DNA of 63,840 nt, the filler included, from a bacterium (GTDB lineage: Bacteria; JADJOY01), in assembly GCA_046331705.1 (NCBI GenBank). It is 4 parts of 4 records of this genome, joined end to end, with 100 filler letters (N's around TTAATTAATTAA, not from the genome) between each part and the next. Parts side by side here need not be neighbours in the genome. Positions count along the whole stretch, not along the records: positions 18,249 to 36,273 come from JAXLQJ010000093.1; 3 more parts are not named here. One strand, 5' to 3'. The first letter of the stretch is position 1. Every line of letters starts with the position of its first letter. The position numbers and the translations under genes were made by a program. The notes under the pieces were generated by a model. That model did no database searches. It was given only the letters and a program-made list of their open reading frames with translations, and had not been told where the DNA came from. Positions 19,676 to 29,786 of this stretch are shown in pieces.

Positions 19676-21368
19676 TCACGAACGCCGTGGCGCCCCAGCA
19701 TAGCGACCGGCGCCCGCGAGAGAAGGATCGTCGGAGTGGAGCCGACGCAACACCGGATCCAACGCCTCGCCGAGGTCGATCCGGACGATGCCCCCCTGCG
19801 ACGCCACCACCAGCGTGTCGTCCCGCAGGTGCAAGTGCCGGACGCGATCCGCCACGTCGAAGCCGTCCACGATCCGGCCCGTGGCGCGCTCGATCGCGAA
19901 GACCTTCGCCATCTCGTAGTTCGCCTGGAAGAGCAGGTCGCGCGCGGGATCGTAGGCGAGGCTGCGGCCGCCGTCGGGCGTGGCGATCGTACGCGCGTAC
20001 TTCCACCCGTCGGAACCTTCGATCAGCTCGCCGATCCCCATGAACGGATAGCCGACGTAGACCGCGCGCACTCCGAGCGCCGGGTTGACGGCGAAGACCG
20101 CGCCGGCCGTGACGCCTCCGCTCCACAGCAGCCGCCCCCAGCCCGGCGAGTACGCACGGATCGTGGCGTCGCGCAGCGAAGCGATGCGCAGGTGAGGGCC
20201 CACGAAGACGTCCGCCGAATCGGTGGCGACGTTGTAGAAGCGCTCGCCGTTCAGCGCACGGGAGGTGTTCCCGCAGCGGCTCCGCGGTGAGCGTGCCGGA
20301 TGCCAGATCCAGGGTCGCGGCGACGAAGCTCGAGTCCTGCCAGTCGATCGCCACCCGTTGCTCGAGCTCGAGACCGGGCACCGCGGGAACGCCGCGCGCA
20401 CGGCCGCGGCCGAGGATCATCGAGACGGATCGCGTCGGGGCGAGATCGACGTCGCTGGGGCTGAGATCTCCGAGGTCGAGCACCCGTCGCACACGCCCCG
20501 AATCGGCGTCGGTCACGATCACTCCGCCGGCGATGGGTGAGGTCACCACGCAGCGGCCCGCCACCGGGTCGCACTCGCCGGCGAACGGCGAGGTGGCCCA
20601 CGTGACTCCGCGGATGCGCCACCGCGACAGCACCCGCGACTCGACCCGCCCGCCCCCCTCGATGACGGCGCGAACCGACTCCTTCACCAGGGTCACGATC
20701 GGCGCCAAGCCGGTCGCGTGGTCCTCCCAGCCGAAGGTCACGTGGATCGTGTCGCAGGTGCGTCCGCAAAAGGCGTCACGCGGGCTGGCGTCGATCTGCT
20801 GCGGCGCGTCCGGCAGCGTGCGATACCAGTGCTCCCAGTCGCCCACCTCGCAGCTCGTGAGCACCCGCGACACGCCGCGGCGCGGCTCCCCGCAGTCGAG
20901 CGGGCTCATCCAGGTGAGCGCGACCCAGGTCGCGGCCAGCAGCAGCGCATGGTGCAGGGGCACCAGCAACCACCATCGACGAGGTCGCGCGCGACCCGGA
21001 AGCGCGTGGCTCAGGTAACGCGCGAAGCGCACCACGGCACCGCGAAATCGAATCAGTGCCGCGGCTTCGACGAGCAGCACCCAGCCGAAGAGACTGAGCC
21101 CGTGCCGCGTCTCGGCGACGTAGAAGAGCGCGCCCGCGCCGTAGGCGACCGGCAACAACAGGTAATCGACGCCCAGCGCGCGCTTGAGCCGCACGTAGCC
21201 GATCACCACCCACACGCACGCGAGCACGAAGAGCGCCAGCCACAGCTCGCGCGGGATGTGGATGCGACTCACGTTCGAGACGAGCAGCAGCCCGCCGAGG
21301 AGGGCCGCAAAACGCAAGATCGCAGCCGCGTATTGCGCGTGCCGTCGCAAGATCGAACCAGCCCTCAC
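19676..21368 (-). pseudogene. Membrane protein with extracytoplasmic beta-propeller-like domain, split by one frameshift near 20260-20280
   Basis: Protein-like sequence passes from the 19455..21701 frame (...TLTAEPLR) to the 19676..20401 frame (ALNGERFYNV...LAYDPARD...). Confidence 0.6.
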
Positions 21369-21655
21369 ACCCGAGCCACACGGCCTTTCGTGAGCGGGCG
21401 CGTGCGCGGGACTTCCGTCGGTGCAACGCGCGCGCCGGACGACGGCTGTGCTAAACGACCGAGCGGGATCGGCTGCCAGCGTGCGGGGCACGGCGTGGCA
21501 CTCCGCGCCGGCGCGCTCGCGAATCCGATTCGTTGCCAGCGCCGGAGCGCGGCGTCGGCACACGACGCGCAGCGTGACCCGCACCATCCTTGCGAGCGAG
21601 AGACGAGCAGCAACGCGAGCGACCTGAAGTCGCGCGCGCCCCAGGAGGCCGTCGA

Positions 21656-24097
21656 ATGAGCGAGCGATACCCGTTCCCAGCCACGCGGCGCTCGGCCGCA
21701 CGCAGCCTGTCGGCGATCGCGCTCGCGAGCACCGTGCTCGCTGCGTGCTCGACGAGCGACGGCGCGGCGCCTCGCGACGGCGGCGTCACGATTCGCGACG
21801 AAGCGCTGCTCGCCGTCGGCGCGGACGGTGACGGGGCGTGGATCCTGCCCAACGGCCGCCGCATCACGCCGGCGGGTCGAACGTCACCCCTCGAGCACTT
21901 TCCGCTCGCGTTCGCGTGGAGCCCGGATCGAGGCACGCTCTTCGCCGCCTCGGATTCGGCGGTGGCGGCGCTGGATCCCGAGTCCGGCGCCGCGCGCGCG
22001 ACGGTCTCGGTGCCCGGCGCGTTCTTCGGGCTCGCGGTCTCCCACGACGGCGCGACCGTCTACGCCGCGCGCTCCGGCGACGAGCTGGTGGTCGCGCTCG
22101 CGTGGGACGGGGCCACCCTCACCGAGAGGGCGCAATTCCCCGTCGGTGGATATCCCTCCGGGCTGGCGATCTCACCGGACGACGCGGTGCTGTGGGTCGC
22201 CCTCCAGATCGGCGGCCAGCTCGTCGCGCTCGATGCCCGAACCGGCGGGCGCCTGGGCGGCGCCGACACGGGTGGGAACCCCTACGCCGTGGTCCTCGCG
22301 CCCGATGGCCGCGAAGCCTACGTATCCGTCGAGCGCGAGGGCCAGGTTCGGATCTTCGACGTGAGCGATCCCCGCGCGCCGCGCAAGGTGGCTGGCGTGG
22401 CGGTGCAGAAGAACCCGGAGGCGCTCGCGCTCTCCGCGGACGGCAGCGTGCTGCTGGTCGCGAACTCGGACGAGGATTCGATCTCGGTGCTGGATCTTCC
22501 CCGTCGTCGCGTGCGCGCCACCATCGACCTTCGTCCGCTCGGCGCGGCGGGATACGGCTCGGCGCCCAACGCGCTCGCGCTCGCGCCCGATGGCGGGCGT
22601 GTCTACGTCGCGCAAGCGGCGGACAACGCCGTGCGCGTGATCGACCTGGCATCGGCGCGCGTGGTGGGCGCGATTCCCACGGCGTGGTACCCGACCGCGC
22701 TCGCGCTCTCGAGCGATGGCCGCCGCCTCCACGTGGCGAACGCCAAGGGAGTCGGGAGTGGCCCCAACGGCCCGACGGTGACGCTCTCGAACGCGTCGCT
22801 GCTCGAGATCGTCGACGTTCCGAGCGACGCCGAGCTCGCCGCCGACGAGACCCGCGTCCGCGAGCACAACACGCGCTCGGCGCGGCTCTTCGACGTGAAC
22901 GCCGAGGCCTTCGCGAACCCGGTGCCCCTCGAGCGCGGCGGCGCCACCCCCATCGAGCACGTGCTCTTCGTGATCCGCGAGAACAAGACCTACGACGCGT
23001 TGCTGGGTGATTTCGCCGGCGCGAACGGCGTCGCCGAGAATTGCCTCTACTGCGGCGACGCCACCCCCAACCTGCACGCGCTGGTCGAGCGCTTCGCCAG
23101 CGGCGACAACTACTACTCGAACGCCGAAGCCTCGGTGCAGGGGCACGCGCTGACCACCGGCGCCATCTCGAACGCGTTCACCGAGAAGAACTGGTTCGGC
23201 GACCGCGGCGTCTCGCGCGACCTCGAGCAATTCGCCAACGCCTCCGAATGGCCCAAGAAGCAGTTCCTGTTCCAGGCGCTCCTCGCCAAGGGCATTCCGT
23301 TCAAGTCCTACGGCGATCAGGCGGGGCTCGGGCCGGACCTGCTGGTGCTCGATCGGCAGCACGTCCACTGGGGGCCGAAGGATCCCCCGCTCTTCTGGCT
23401 CAACTCGAAGGACGACGCGAAGATCGACGAGCGCATCGCCGAGTGGGAGCGGGACGGCTTGCCGACCGTCGCCTACATGGGATTGCCGAACGATCACACC
23501 AGCGGCTGCGAGTTCCCGTACCCGACGCCCATCTCGATGGTGGCGGACAACGACTTCGCCACCGGCAAGCTGATCGATTGGCTGAGCCACAGCCGCTACT
23601 GGGAGAGCTCGCTGGTGGTGGTGATCGAGGACGATCCGCAGCAAGGGGTCGATCACGTCGACGCCCACCGCTCGATCCTGCTGGTGGCGTCACCCTGGGT
23701 GAAGCGCGGCTACGTCTCGCACGTGCAGTACCACGAGGGGAACCTGCACGCCACGTTCGGCCACATCCTCGGCCTCGAGCCGCTCACGATCTACGACGAG
23801 AACGCGCAGCCAGCTTGGGACCTGTTCACGAGCACGCCGGACCTCACGCCGTTCACCGCGGTGCCACGCAAGATCCCGGAGGAAACCTCGATGCCCGGGA
23901 CCAACTGCGGCACCGAGTCGCGCGGGCTCGACTTCCTGGATCCCGACGAGGCGGACGGCCTGCAGCGCATCCTCTGGGCTCACGAGCGCGACGGTCTCAA
24001 CGCGTTCGAGCGCGAGAAGGCGCGCGGCGCGAGCTCGGGCTTGGATGCGCTCGATGCGCTCGATGCGCTCGCACGCGGCGCGGGCACACCCAGTTGA
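21656..24097 (+). CDS. Lipoprotein: YVTN/YncE beta-propeller plus phosphoesterase (alkaline phosphatase superfamily)
   Basis: LAAC lipobox; repeated SPDG..LYV/ANS blades; IRENKTYD, LPNDHT, EDDPQQGVDHVDAHRS; AGGAGG RBS. Confidence 0.9.
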   Translation: MSERYPFPATRRSAARSLSAIALASTVLAACSTSDGAAPRDGGVTIRDEALLAVGADGDGAWILPNGRRITPAGRTSPLEHFPLAFAWSPDRGTLFAASDSAVAALDPESGAARATVSVPGAFFGLAVSHDGATVYAARSGDELVVALAWDGATLTERAQFPVGGYPSGLAISPDDAVLWVALQIGGQLVALDARTGGRLGGADTGGNPYAVVLAPDGREAYVSVEREGQVRIFDVSDPRAPRKVAGVAVQKNPEALALSADGSVLLVANSDEDSISVLDLPRRRVRATIDLRPLGAAGYGSAPNALALAPDGGRVYVAQAADNAVRVIDLASARVVGAIPTAWYPTALALSSDGRRLHVANAKGVGSGPNGPTVTLSNASLLEIVDVPSDAELAADETRVREHNTRSARLFDVNAEAFANPVPLERGGATPIEHVLFVIRENKTYDALLGDFAGANGVAENCLYCGDATPNLHALVERFASGDNYYSNAEASVQGHALTTGAISNAFTEKNWFGDRGVSRDLEQFANASEWPKKQFLFQALLAKGIPFKSYGDQAGLGPDLLVLDRQHVHWGPKDPPLFWLNSKDDAKIDERIAEWERDGLPTVAYMGLPNDHTSGCEFPYPTPISMVADNDFATGKLIDWLSHSRYWESSLVVVIEDDPQQGVDHVDAHRSILLVASPWVKRGYVSHVQYHEGNLHATFGHILGLEPLTIYDENAQPAWDLFTSTPDLTPFTAVPRKIPEETSMPGTNCGTESRGLDFLDPDEADGLQRILWAHERDGLNAFEREKARGASSGLDALDALDALARGAGTPS

Positions 24098-24550
24098 GCG
24101 AGCGCGAACGGTCGTGATGGGCGGGGTGCTCGCCGCGACGGCGCTGCTCCGCTACGCGATCGCGGTGCATCGGCTACCCGACGTTTCCGGGTGATACGCA
24201 CCTGCGGAGCTCGTGGGCGCGGGCGGCCCTGACGCCGCTTACGACGCAGCGCGTGAGTGCGCTCTCGTAACCACGTTACGGGAGGTTGTTTCTCGATTGT
24301 GACTAGCTCGACACGCGCGCATTCGTTACGAGATTCCGACGTCGAGCGTTACCGATCGCCGAAATCCCGCGCGGCGTAGCGGATGGATCAACATCCCACC
24401 CTCGCGTGCCACGCGCGTTGGATCGGACTCCGCACTCGGGCGGCTGCAACGCAGCCGAGATCGAACGAGTGTTGATGACGATTCGACACCGAAAAATCGC
24501 CTCGACTCCGCGATTTTCACGTGGTTGCGCTTCGGTCTCGAGTGTCTCGT

Positions 24551-24566
24551 CGGCGTGACACTTGCT
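24551..24566 (+). promoter_or_regulatory. Putative sigma54 (-24/-12) promoter of the multiheme cytochrome
   Basis: cGGCgtgacacTTGCT: GG-N10-GC with TTGCT, 74 nt before the ATG. Confidence 0.55.
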
Positions 24567-24639
24567 TTGGATTGCCCCGCCGCCGTCGTCACCGGGGGGT
24601 CACGACGGGAACGTCATCGGACTGAACGAGGAGACCAAC

Positions 24640-26352
24640 ATGCCTGTGACTCGATCGAGATACCTTGGATTCGCGATCGTCGCGCTCGCCGGATTCGTAT
24701 CCGCAGCGCCGACGGGAGGCGCGTGCACACCAGCGCCGACGGCCCAGACCAAGGTCGTCGCCGCGAACGATCTGGGCATGCACTGCGTCGACAAAGAGTT
24801 CTCGGTCTTCTCGATCCTGCCGCCGTACAACGTCATCCAGGCACAGGTGCTCCAGACGGATGCGACGGGATTCCCACAGATCCTGACCGACTCCAAGGTG
24901 CGCGTGACCTACGGCGCGGTGGCGGATGCCGGGGGCTCCATCAACACCACCAGCCTGGGCAACAAGACGGCGTTCTGGAACTTCGCCCAGGCGCTCTTCG
25001 GCGTGACGCTGCAACCAGGCCAAGGCCTCCAAGGCCTCTACATGCCGGCGGACGCGCCCGTTCCCGGGCCGCAGGCGCTGCGCTTCGACGCGGCCACCAG
25101 CTGGTTCCGCGCCGACGGCATTCCCATCACGCCGACGGACGACGCGCGCAACTACAACCCCTACCCGCTGCTCCGCATCACCGCCATCGACAAGGCCACC
25201 AACACCGAGCTCGCGCACACCGACATCGTGGTGCCGGTCTCGACCGAGACCGACTGCCAGAACTGTCACGCCACGGGTGGGATCGCCGCCGAGGCCACCG
25301 ACATCACCTGGTCGAACGACCCGGACCTCGAGAAGCAATCGAAGCTCAACATCCTCACGCTGCACGACCACAGCGAAGGCACGAACCTGATCGGGAGCCA
25401 GCCGGTGCTGTGCGCGAGCTGCCACTACTCGGCGGCGCTCGACCTCGCCGGCGCGGGTCCCCAGGGTCCACAGGTCGGCAAGCCCACGTCGTCGGCGGTG
25501 GCCCACGACTTCCACGGACGCCAGCTCCACAACGGCGTCCCGGTCTTCCCCTCGAACGGCGACGCGCTCTCGACCTGCTACCAGTGCCATCCCGGCCGCA
25601 TCACGCAGTGTGATCGCGGCGCGATGAAGACCGGCGGCATGGAGTGCCGCGACTGCCACGGCGACATGCTCGCGGTCGGCGGCGCCAACACGCTGGCGGT
25701 GGGCGGCAGCATGGACGGCGCCAACGACGGCGGTCACCGGCGCCCGTGGCTCGACATGCCGCGCTGCCAGTCGTGTCACAACGGCGACGCGATGAACCAC
25801 CTCACCGGCACCGGCCTGGTGCCCGCCCCCGACGGGATCCGTCTGATCCAGGCGTATCGTACGGGCGATGCCGCCGCGTCCTCGATCCTGGCCACGAACA
25901 CCCGCTTCGCCGAGGACACCCACACGCGCTTCCGCTTCAGCACCGGCCACGGCGACGTGCTGTGCGAAGGCTGCCACGGCAGCACCCACGCGATCTGGCC
26001 GAACGCCGACGCTGCTGCGAACGACAACGTCGCGGCCGCCCAGATCCAGGGTCATAGCGGCACGCTCATCGAATGCACCGCCTGCCACAAGTCCGGCACC
26101 GTGCCGCTCAACCTGAACGGCCCCCACGGCATGCACGTCGTCAACGACACCCGCTGGCTCAACGAGGACGTCCACGGGCAGCAATTCGAGAACAACAAGA
26201 ACTCGTGCCGCACGTGTCACGGCGCGAGCCTCCAGGGCACGCCGCTCTCGAAGGCCGCGGCGACTCGTACCTTCACGGTCGAGGACCATACCGTGACGAT
26301 CCCGGCCGGCACCCAGGTGCGCTGCAACCACTGCCACAGCACGCCGAGCTGA
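24640..26352 (+). CDS. Exported multiheme cytochrome c (9 CxxCH)
   Basis: CQNCH, CASCH, CYQCH, CRDCH, CQSCH, CEGCH, CTACH, CRTCH, CNHCH; NDLGMHC in the N-terminal domain; signal peptide; GAGGAG RBS. Confidence 0.93.
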   Translation: MPVTRSRYLGFAIVALAGFVSAAPTGGACTPAPTAQTKVVAANDLGMHCVDKEFSVFSILPPYNVIQAQVLQTDATGFPQILTDSKVRVTYGAVADAGGSINTTSLGNKTAFWNFAQALFGVTLQPGQGLQGLYMPADAPVPGPQALRFDAATSWFRADGIPITPTDDARNYNPYPLLRITAIDKATNTELAHTDIVVPVSTETDCQNCHATGGIAAEATDITWSNDPDLEKQSKLNILTLHDHSEGTNLIGSQPVLCASCHYSAALDLAGAGPQGPQVGKPTSSAVAHDFHGRQLHNGVPVFPSNGDALSTCYQCHPGRITQCDRGAMKTGGMECRDCHGDMLAVGGANTLAVGGSMDGANDGGHRRPWLDMPRCQSCHNGDAMNHLTGTGLVPAPDGIRLIQAYRTGDAAASSILATNTRFAEDTHTRFRFSTGHGDVLCEGCHGSTHAIWPNADAAANDNVAAAQIQGHSGTLIECTACHKSGTVPLNLNGPHGMHVVNDTRWLNEDVHGQQFENNKNSCRTCHGASLQGTPLSKAAATRTFTVEDHTVTIPAGTQVRCNHCHSTPS

Positions 26353-26377
26353 TCGCGGCACGCGATCGGGCGGCTCG

Positions 26378-26420
26378 CGAGGCCGCGTGACCTTCGGGTC
26401 ACGCGGCCTCGTCGTTTCTC
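26378..26420 (+). terminator. Intrinsic terminator-like hairpin
   Basis: Perfect 15-bp stem CGAGGCCGCGTGACC-TTCG-GGTCACGCGGCCTCG with cUUCGg loop, followed by tcgtttctc. Confidence 0.75.
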
Positions 26421-26494
26421 GGGTACCGATTGCCGCTCGGTGGCTGGCGTGCAAGAGTGGCTGAGCCACTCAGCAACTGGCCCGAGGGATCGCA

Positions 26495-27058
26495 ATGCCG
26501 CGTCTCACCTGGAAGGAAGTCGCCGTACCGGCCCTCTTCGGTGCCGGGCTGACGCTCTGCGACCGCATGCACTGGCGGCACGGCGCCTTGAGCTACCCGC
26601 GCGTGGGGCTGCTCGCGGGCCAACCCCTCTGGGTTCCCCCGCTCTTCGCCCTGGGCGCGGTGGTGCTGGTCCTCACGCATCGCTGGGTGGTGGGGTTTCG
26701 GCTCGGCCATGCGCCGCGCGCCACGGTGGCCGCGGCGCTCGCGCAGACGAGCGTGTTCGTGCTCGCGTACGCATGCACCGCCTGGTTCCACCGGCATCCC
26801 TGGTCGCTCGCGGCGGCGCTCACGGCGAGTTGGATCCCGGTCGCGCTCAGCCAGCGCTATCGGGGCTTCGTCGCGTTCGCGCTGGTGGCCGCCGTCCTCG
26901 GGCCGCTCGCCGAATGCGGCGTCGCGCTCGCGGGCGGCTTCCACTACACCCACCCCGAGCTCGGGCCGGTGCCGATCTGGTTGCCGCCGCTCTACCTCTG
27001 GGCCGCCTATTGCGGCGCTGGCCTCGACCGCTGGCTCGCGGCGCTCCCGGAACGCTAG
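26495..27058 (+). CDS. Small polytopic membrane protein (DUF2878-like)
   Basis: About 5-6 TM segments; GPLAE...F.Y..P...VPIWLPPLY. Confidence 0.7.
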   Translation: MPRLTWKEVAVPALFGAGLTLCDRMHWRHGALSYPRVGLLAGQPLWVPPLFALGAVVLVLTHRWVVGFRLGHAPRATVAAALAQTSVFVLAYACTAWFHRHPWSLAAALTASWIPVALSQRYRGFVAFALVAAVLGPLAECGVALAGGFHYTHPELGPVPIWLPPLYLWAAYCGAGLDRWLAALPER

Positions 27059-27062
27059 GCGC

Positions 27063-28184
27063 TCAGCGCGAGCCGCCATCGACTGGCGGCTCGAGGGTGA
27101 GCGGGAGGCACGTGACGTCGAGATCCCGCGCCAGGATCAGCGCCAGACGTTCGCGCTGCTCCGCGCCGCGCGCCACGAGCTGCGCGCAGCCGTCGCCTTG
27201 CGAGCCCACGCCCTTTCCGCCCCACGCGAGGTCGCGGATCGCCGGATGCGCGAGCACCTCGTGCAGGCGCGGCGCCGCGAGCTCCGGGCACGCGGGCGCG
27301 ACCTCGCCGTCGAAGAGCGCTTGCGCCTCGACCATGAGCGCGCCCAGGGTCCGCGCGTCACCCGCGACGAGCGCGTCGCGCGCCTGCCGCACGAGGCTCG
27401 CGTTCCGCGCGCCGAGCGCGGAACGAACGCGAGCGGCGCGCTCCCCCGGCGTCGCCGGAAAGCACGCGTTCAGATCGCGCAGGATGCGACGCGTGTCCTT
27501 GGCGCGCTTCAGGTCGACGACCAGCAGATGCAGCGGCTGGGCAACCGCGAGCGCATCGATCGCGAGCTCGTCGCCATCGAACGTCAGGAACGTGGCGACT
27601 CGGCCGAGCGCGCAGATCTGATCCATCCGTCCGCACGCCGAGCCCGTGAGACGCTCGCCCTCGTACGCCAGGTCCATCTCGTCACGCGGGGAGAGACCGA
27701 GGCCGTGCACTCGATCGAACGCGCGCGCCACCGCGACGCAGATCGCCGCCGAGGAGGAAAGGCCCTTCTGGACGGGGAGCGTCGAACCCTCGATGCGGAG
27801 CGTGAGCCCGCCCACGCGGTAGCGCGCCACCACTTGCGCCGCGGTGCCGAACGCGTAGCTCAGGAAGCCGCCGCGCTCGGCCGCCGCGGCGAGCATCGCG
27901 GCCTGGTCCTCGACGACCTCCTCGTGCCAGCGCCGTTCCTCGTCCAGCCAATGCGAGATCGCGACCTCGTGAATCCTCGGCTCGGCGCGAACGCCGATCC
28001 CTTGATCGGTCCCCGCCACCAGGCAATGCCCCGGCGCGAGCGCGGGATGGGTCCGTCGGTAGCCGCCAGCCCAGTCGGAGTGCTCTCCCATCAGGCAGAG
28101 CCGGCCGGGGACGAAGAGCTCGATCACCGGTGGCTCGCCGCGGCGAGCGGGGCGCGACGGAGCGACATCGTCGACGTGGATCAC
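27063..28184 (-). CDS. GHMP-family kinase (galactokinase/mevalonate kinase-like)
   Basis: PGRLCLMGEHSD, PVQKGLSSSAA, CGRMDQ, GKGVGSQGDG. Confidence 0.88.
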   Translation of the reverse strand: MIHVDDVAPSRPARRGEPPVIELFVPGRLCLMGEHSDWAGGYRRTHPALAPGHCLVAGTDQGIGVRAEPRIHEVAISHWLDEERRWHEEVVEDQAAMLAAAAERGGFLSYAFGTAAQVVARYRVGGLTLRIEGSTLPVQKGLSSSAAICVAVARAFDRVHGLGLSPRDEMDLAYEGERLTGSACGRMDQICALGRVATFLTFDGDELAIDALAVAQPLHLLVVDLKRAKDTRRILRDLNACFPATPGERAARVRSALGARNASLVRQARDALVAGDARTLGALMVEAQALFDGEVAPACPELAAPRLHEVLAHPAIRDLAWGGKGVGSQGDGCAQLVARGAEQRERLALILARDLDVTCLPLTLEPPVDGGSR

Positions 28185-29638
28185 GCTCGCGACTCGACGC
28201 GCGCGTCACCGCCCGCGACGGGATGGCCGAGGGCCGCGCCCATGGCCCGGACCTCCGCGATCTTCGCCTCCAGCGGACCCCAGTCGTCGCGCTCGGCAAT
28301 CGCGTCCCAGAGGGACTCGACCTCCTGGATCAGCATCGAGCACGGCTGGTCGCGGCGGAAGTATTCGCCCGCGAGGCGCTCGGGATGCGACGGCGCATGC
28401 CGATCGAGCAGCGCTCGAAACTCCTCGTAGCGCGGGCCGGTGTAGTGGCGCGCCGCGGATCCGCCGAGCGCGCGAGCGGCGCTCGCCGCGCCGCCGTACC
28501 AATCGAAGAAGAAGCGGTCGAAGCCGACGTAGCTCTCGCCCAGAAAGCCGAGCGCGGCACGGACCAGCGACGTGTCGGCCTCGTCGCCGCGGCTGTCGAC
28601 GCCCAGCCGCTCGCGGAAGCGACGGCGGTACTCCGTGCGAAACACCACCTCGTACGTCGAGAGCGCCTCCTCCAGACGCTCGACCGTCGCGAGCGGCGCC
28701 AGCGCCACCGCGAGCTGCTCCAGGTTCCACAGCACCACGGCGGGCTGGCGGCCGTAGGCGTAGAGCCCCATCGAGTCGAAGTACGCGGCGGTGAACGCCG
28801 GGTCGTACCGCGGCAGGAATCGCCACGGACCGTAGTCGAAGCTCTCGCCCGTGATGTTCAGGTTGTCGGTGTTGAGCACTCCATGGACGAATCCCGCCAC
28901 CATCCAGCTCGCCGCGAGCCGTGCCGCGCGCTCGCTCACCGCGCGCAGGAACGCGGGTGCCAGCTCGTTCGCGCCGGCAGCGGAGACCTCCGGCAGATAG
29001 TGCGACGCCGCGAACTCGAGCAGCATCCCGAGCCGCGCGGTGTCGCGCAGATAAGCCTGCCGCTGGAAGCTGCCGAAGCGCACGTGCCCGTGGCTGAGAC
29101 GCACCATCACCGAGGAGCGCGTGGGCGACGGCTCGTCGCCGCGCTCGAGCGCCTCGCCCGTCTCGAAGAGGCTGAACGTCTTCGAGGTGTACACGCCCAG
29201 CGCTTCCAGCATCTCGGTGGCCAGGATCTCGCGAACGCCGCCTTTGAGCGTGAGCCGGCCGTCGCCGCCGCGCGACCAGGGAGTCTGCCCGCTGCCCTTG
29301 GTGCCCAGGTCGAGCAGGCGCTGGTCGACGGGATCCCGAAGCTGCGCGAACAGGAAACCGCGGCCGTCCCCGAGCTGCGGGTTGTACACCTGGAACTGGT
29401 GGCCGTGGTAGCGCAGCGCCAGCGGCCGCTCCAGGTTTCCCGGCAGCGGCTCGAACGCCCAGAAATGGCGCGACCAATCGTCGTCGCTCAGGCCACCCAG
29501 GCCGACGCGCGCGGCCCACGCCTGATTGCGAAACCGGAGCTGGCGCGCCGGAAAGCGTGCCGCGGCGACGGGGTCGAAGAACGCTTCGCCCAGGCTCGGG
29601 AAGCGGGGATCGGGAAGGTAGATGGCATCGATGGGCAT
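28181..29638 (-). CDS. selO: Protein adenylyltransferase SelO (YdiU)
   Basis: YHGHQF, LGDGRG, KGSGQTPWSRGGDGR, HVRFGSF, GFVHGVLNTDN, DYGP. Confidence 0.93.
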   Translation of the reverse strand: MPIDAIYLPDPRFPSLGEAFFDPVAAARFPARQLRFRNQAWAARVGLGGLSDDDWSRHFWAFEPLPGNLERPLALRYHGHQFQVYNPQLGDGRGFLFAQLRDPVDQRLLDLGTKGSGQTPWSRGGDGRLTLKGGVREILATEMLEALGVYTSKTFSLFETGEALERGDEPSPTRSSVMVRLSHGHVRFGSFQRQAYLRDTARLGMLLEFAASHYLPEVSAAGANELAPAFLRAVSERAARLAASWMVAGFVHGVLNTDNLNITGESFDYGPWRFLPRYDPAFTAAYFDSMGLYAYGRQPAVVLWNLEQLAVALAPLATVERLEEALSTYEVVFRTEYRRRFRERLGVDSRGDEADTSLVRAALGFLGESYVGFDRFFFDWYGGAASAARALGGSAARHYTGPRYEEFRALLDRHAPSHPERLAGEYFRRDQPCSMLIQEVESLWDAIAERDDWGPLEAKIAEVRAMGAALGHPVAGGDARVESRA

Positions 29639-29731
29639 GGCGGGCGCGCAGCGTAACCGGGCGCCACGTCGCGGGCGCTGCGCGGCGCGCGTTGCCGCCG
29701 CCCCCGGGCCCGCCGCGGAGGTCGCCGTGCT

Positions 29732-29786
29732 TTGCAGAACCGCCGTACGAAATTAGAATCGATATTCATGATTCGATCATCGATTC
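29732..29786 (+). promoter_or_regulatory. Sigma70-type promoter with overlapping inverted repeat (probable TetR operator)
   Basis: TTGCAG-16-TAGAAT; inverted repeat GAATCGAT (29756-29763) / ATCGATTC (29779-29786). Confidence 0.6.

Noticed and set aside
24044-24070. GATGCGCTC x3 (also GGCATC x3 near 5182)
   Set aside because: Short in-frame or low-complexity microrepeats with no evident function.
24098-24639. Cyclic-dinucleotide riboswitch upstream of the multiheme cytochrome
   Set aside because: No GEMM-type conserved motifs were recognisable by eye; an Infernal search would be needed to exclude it fully.
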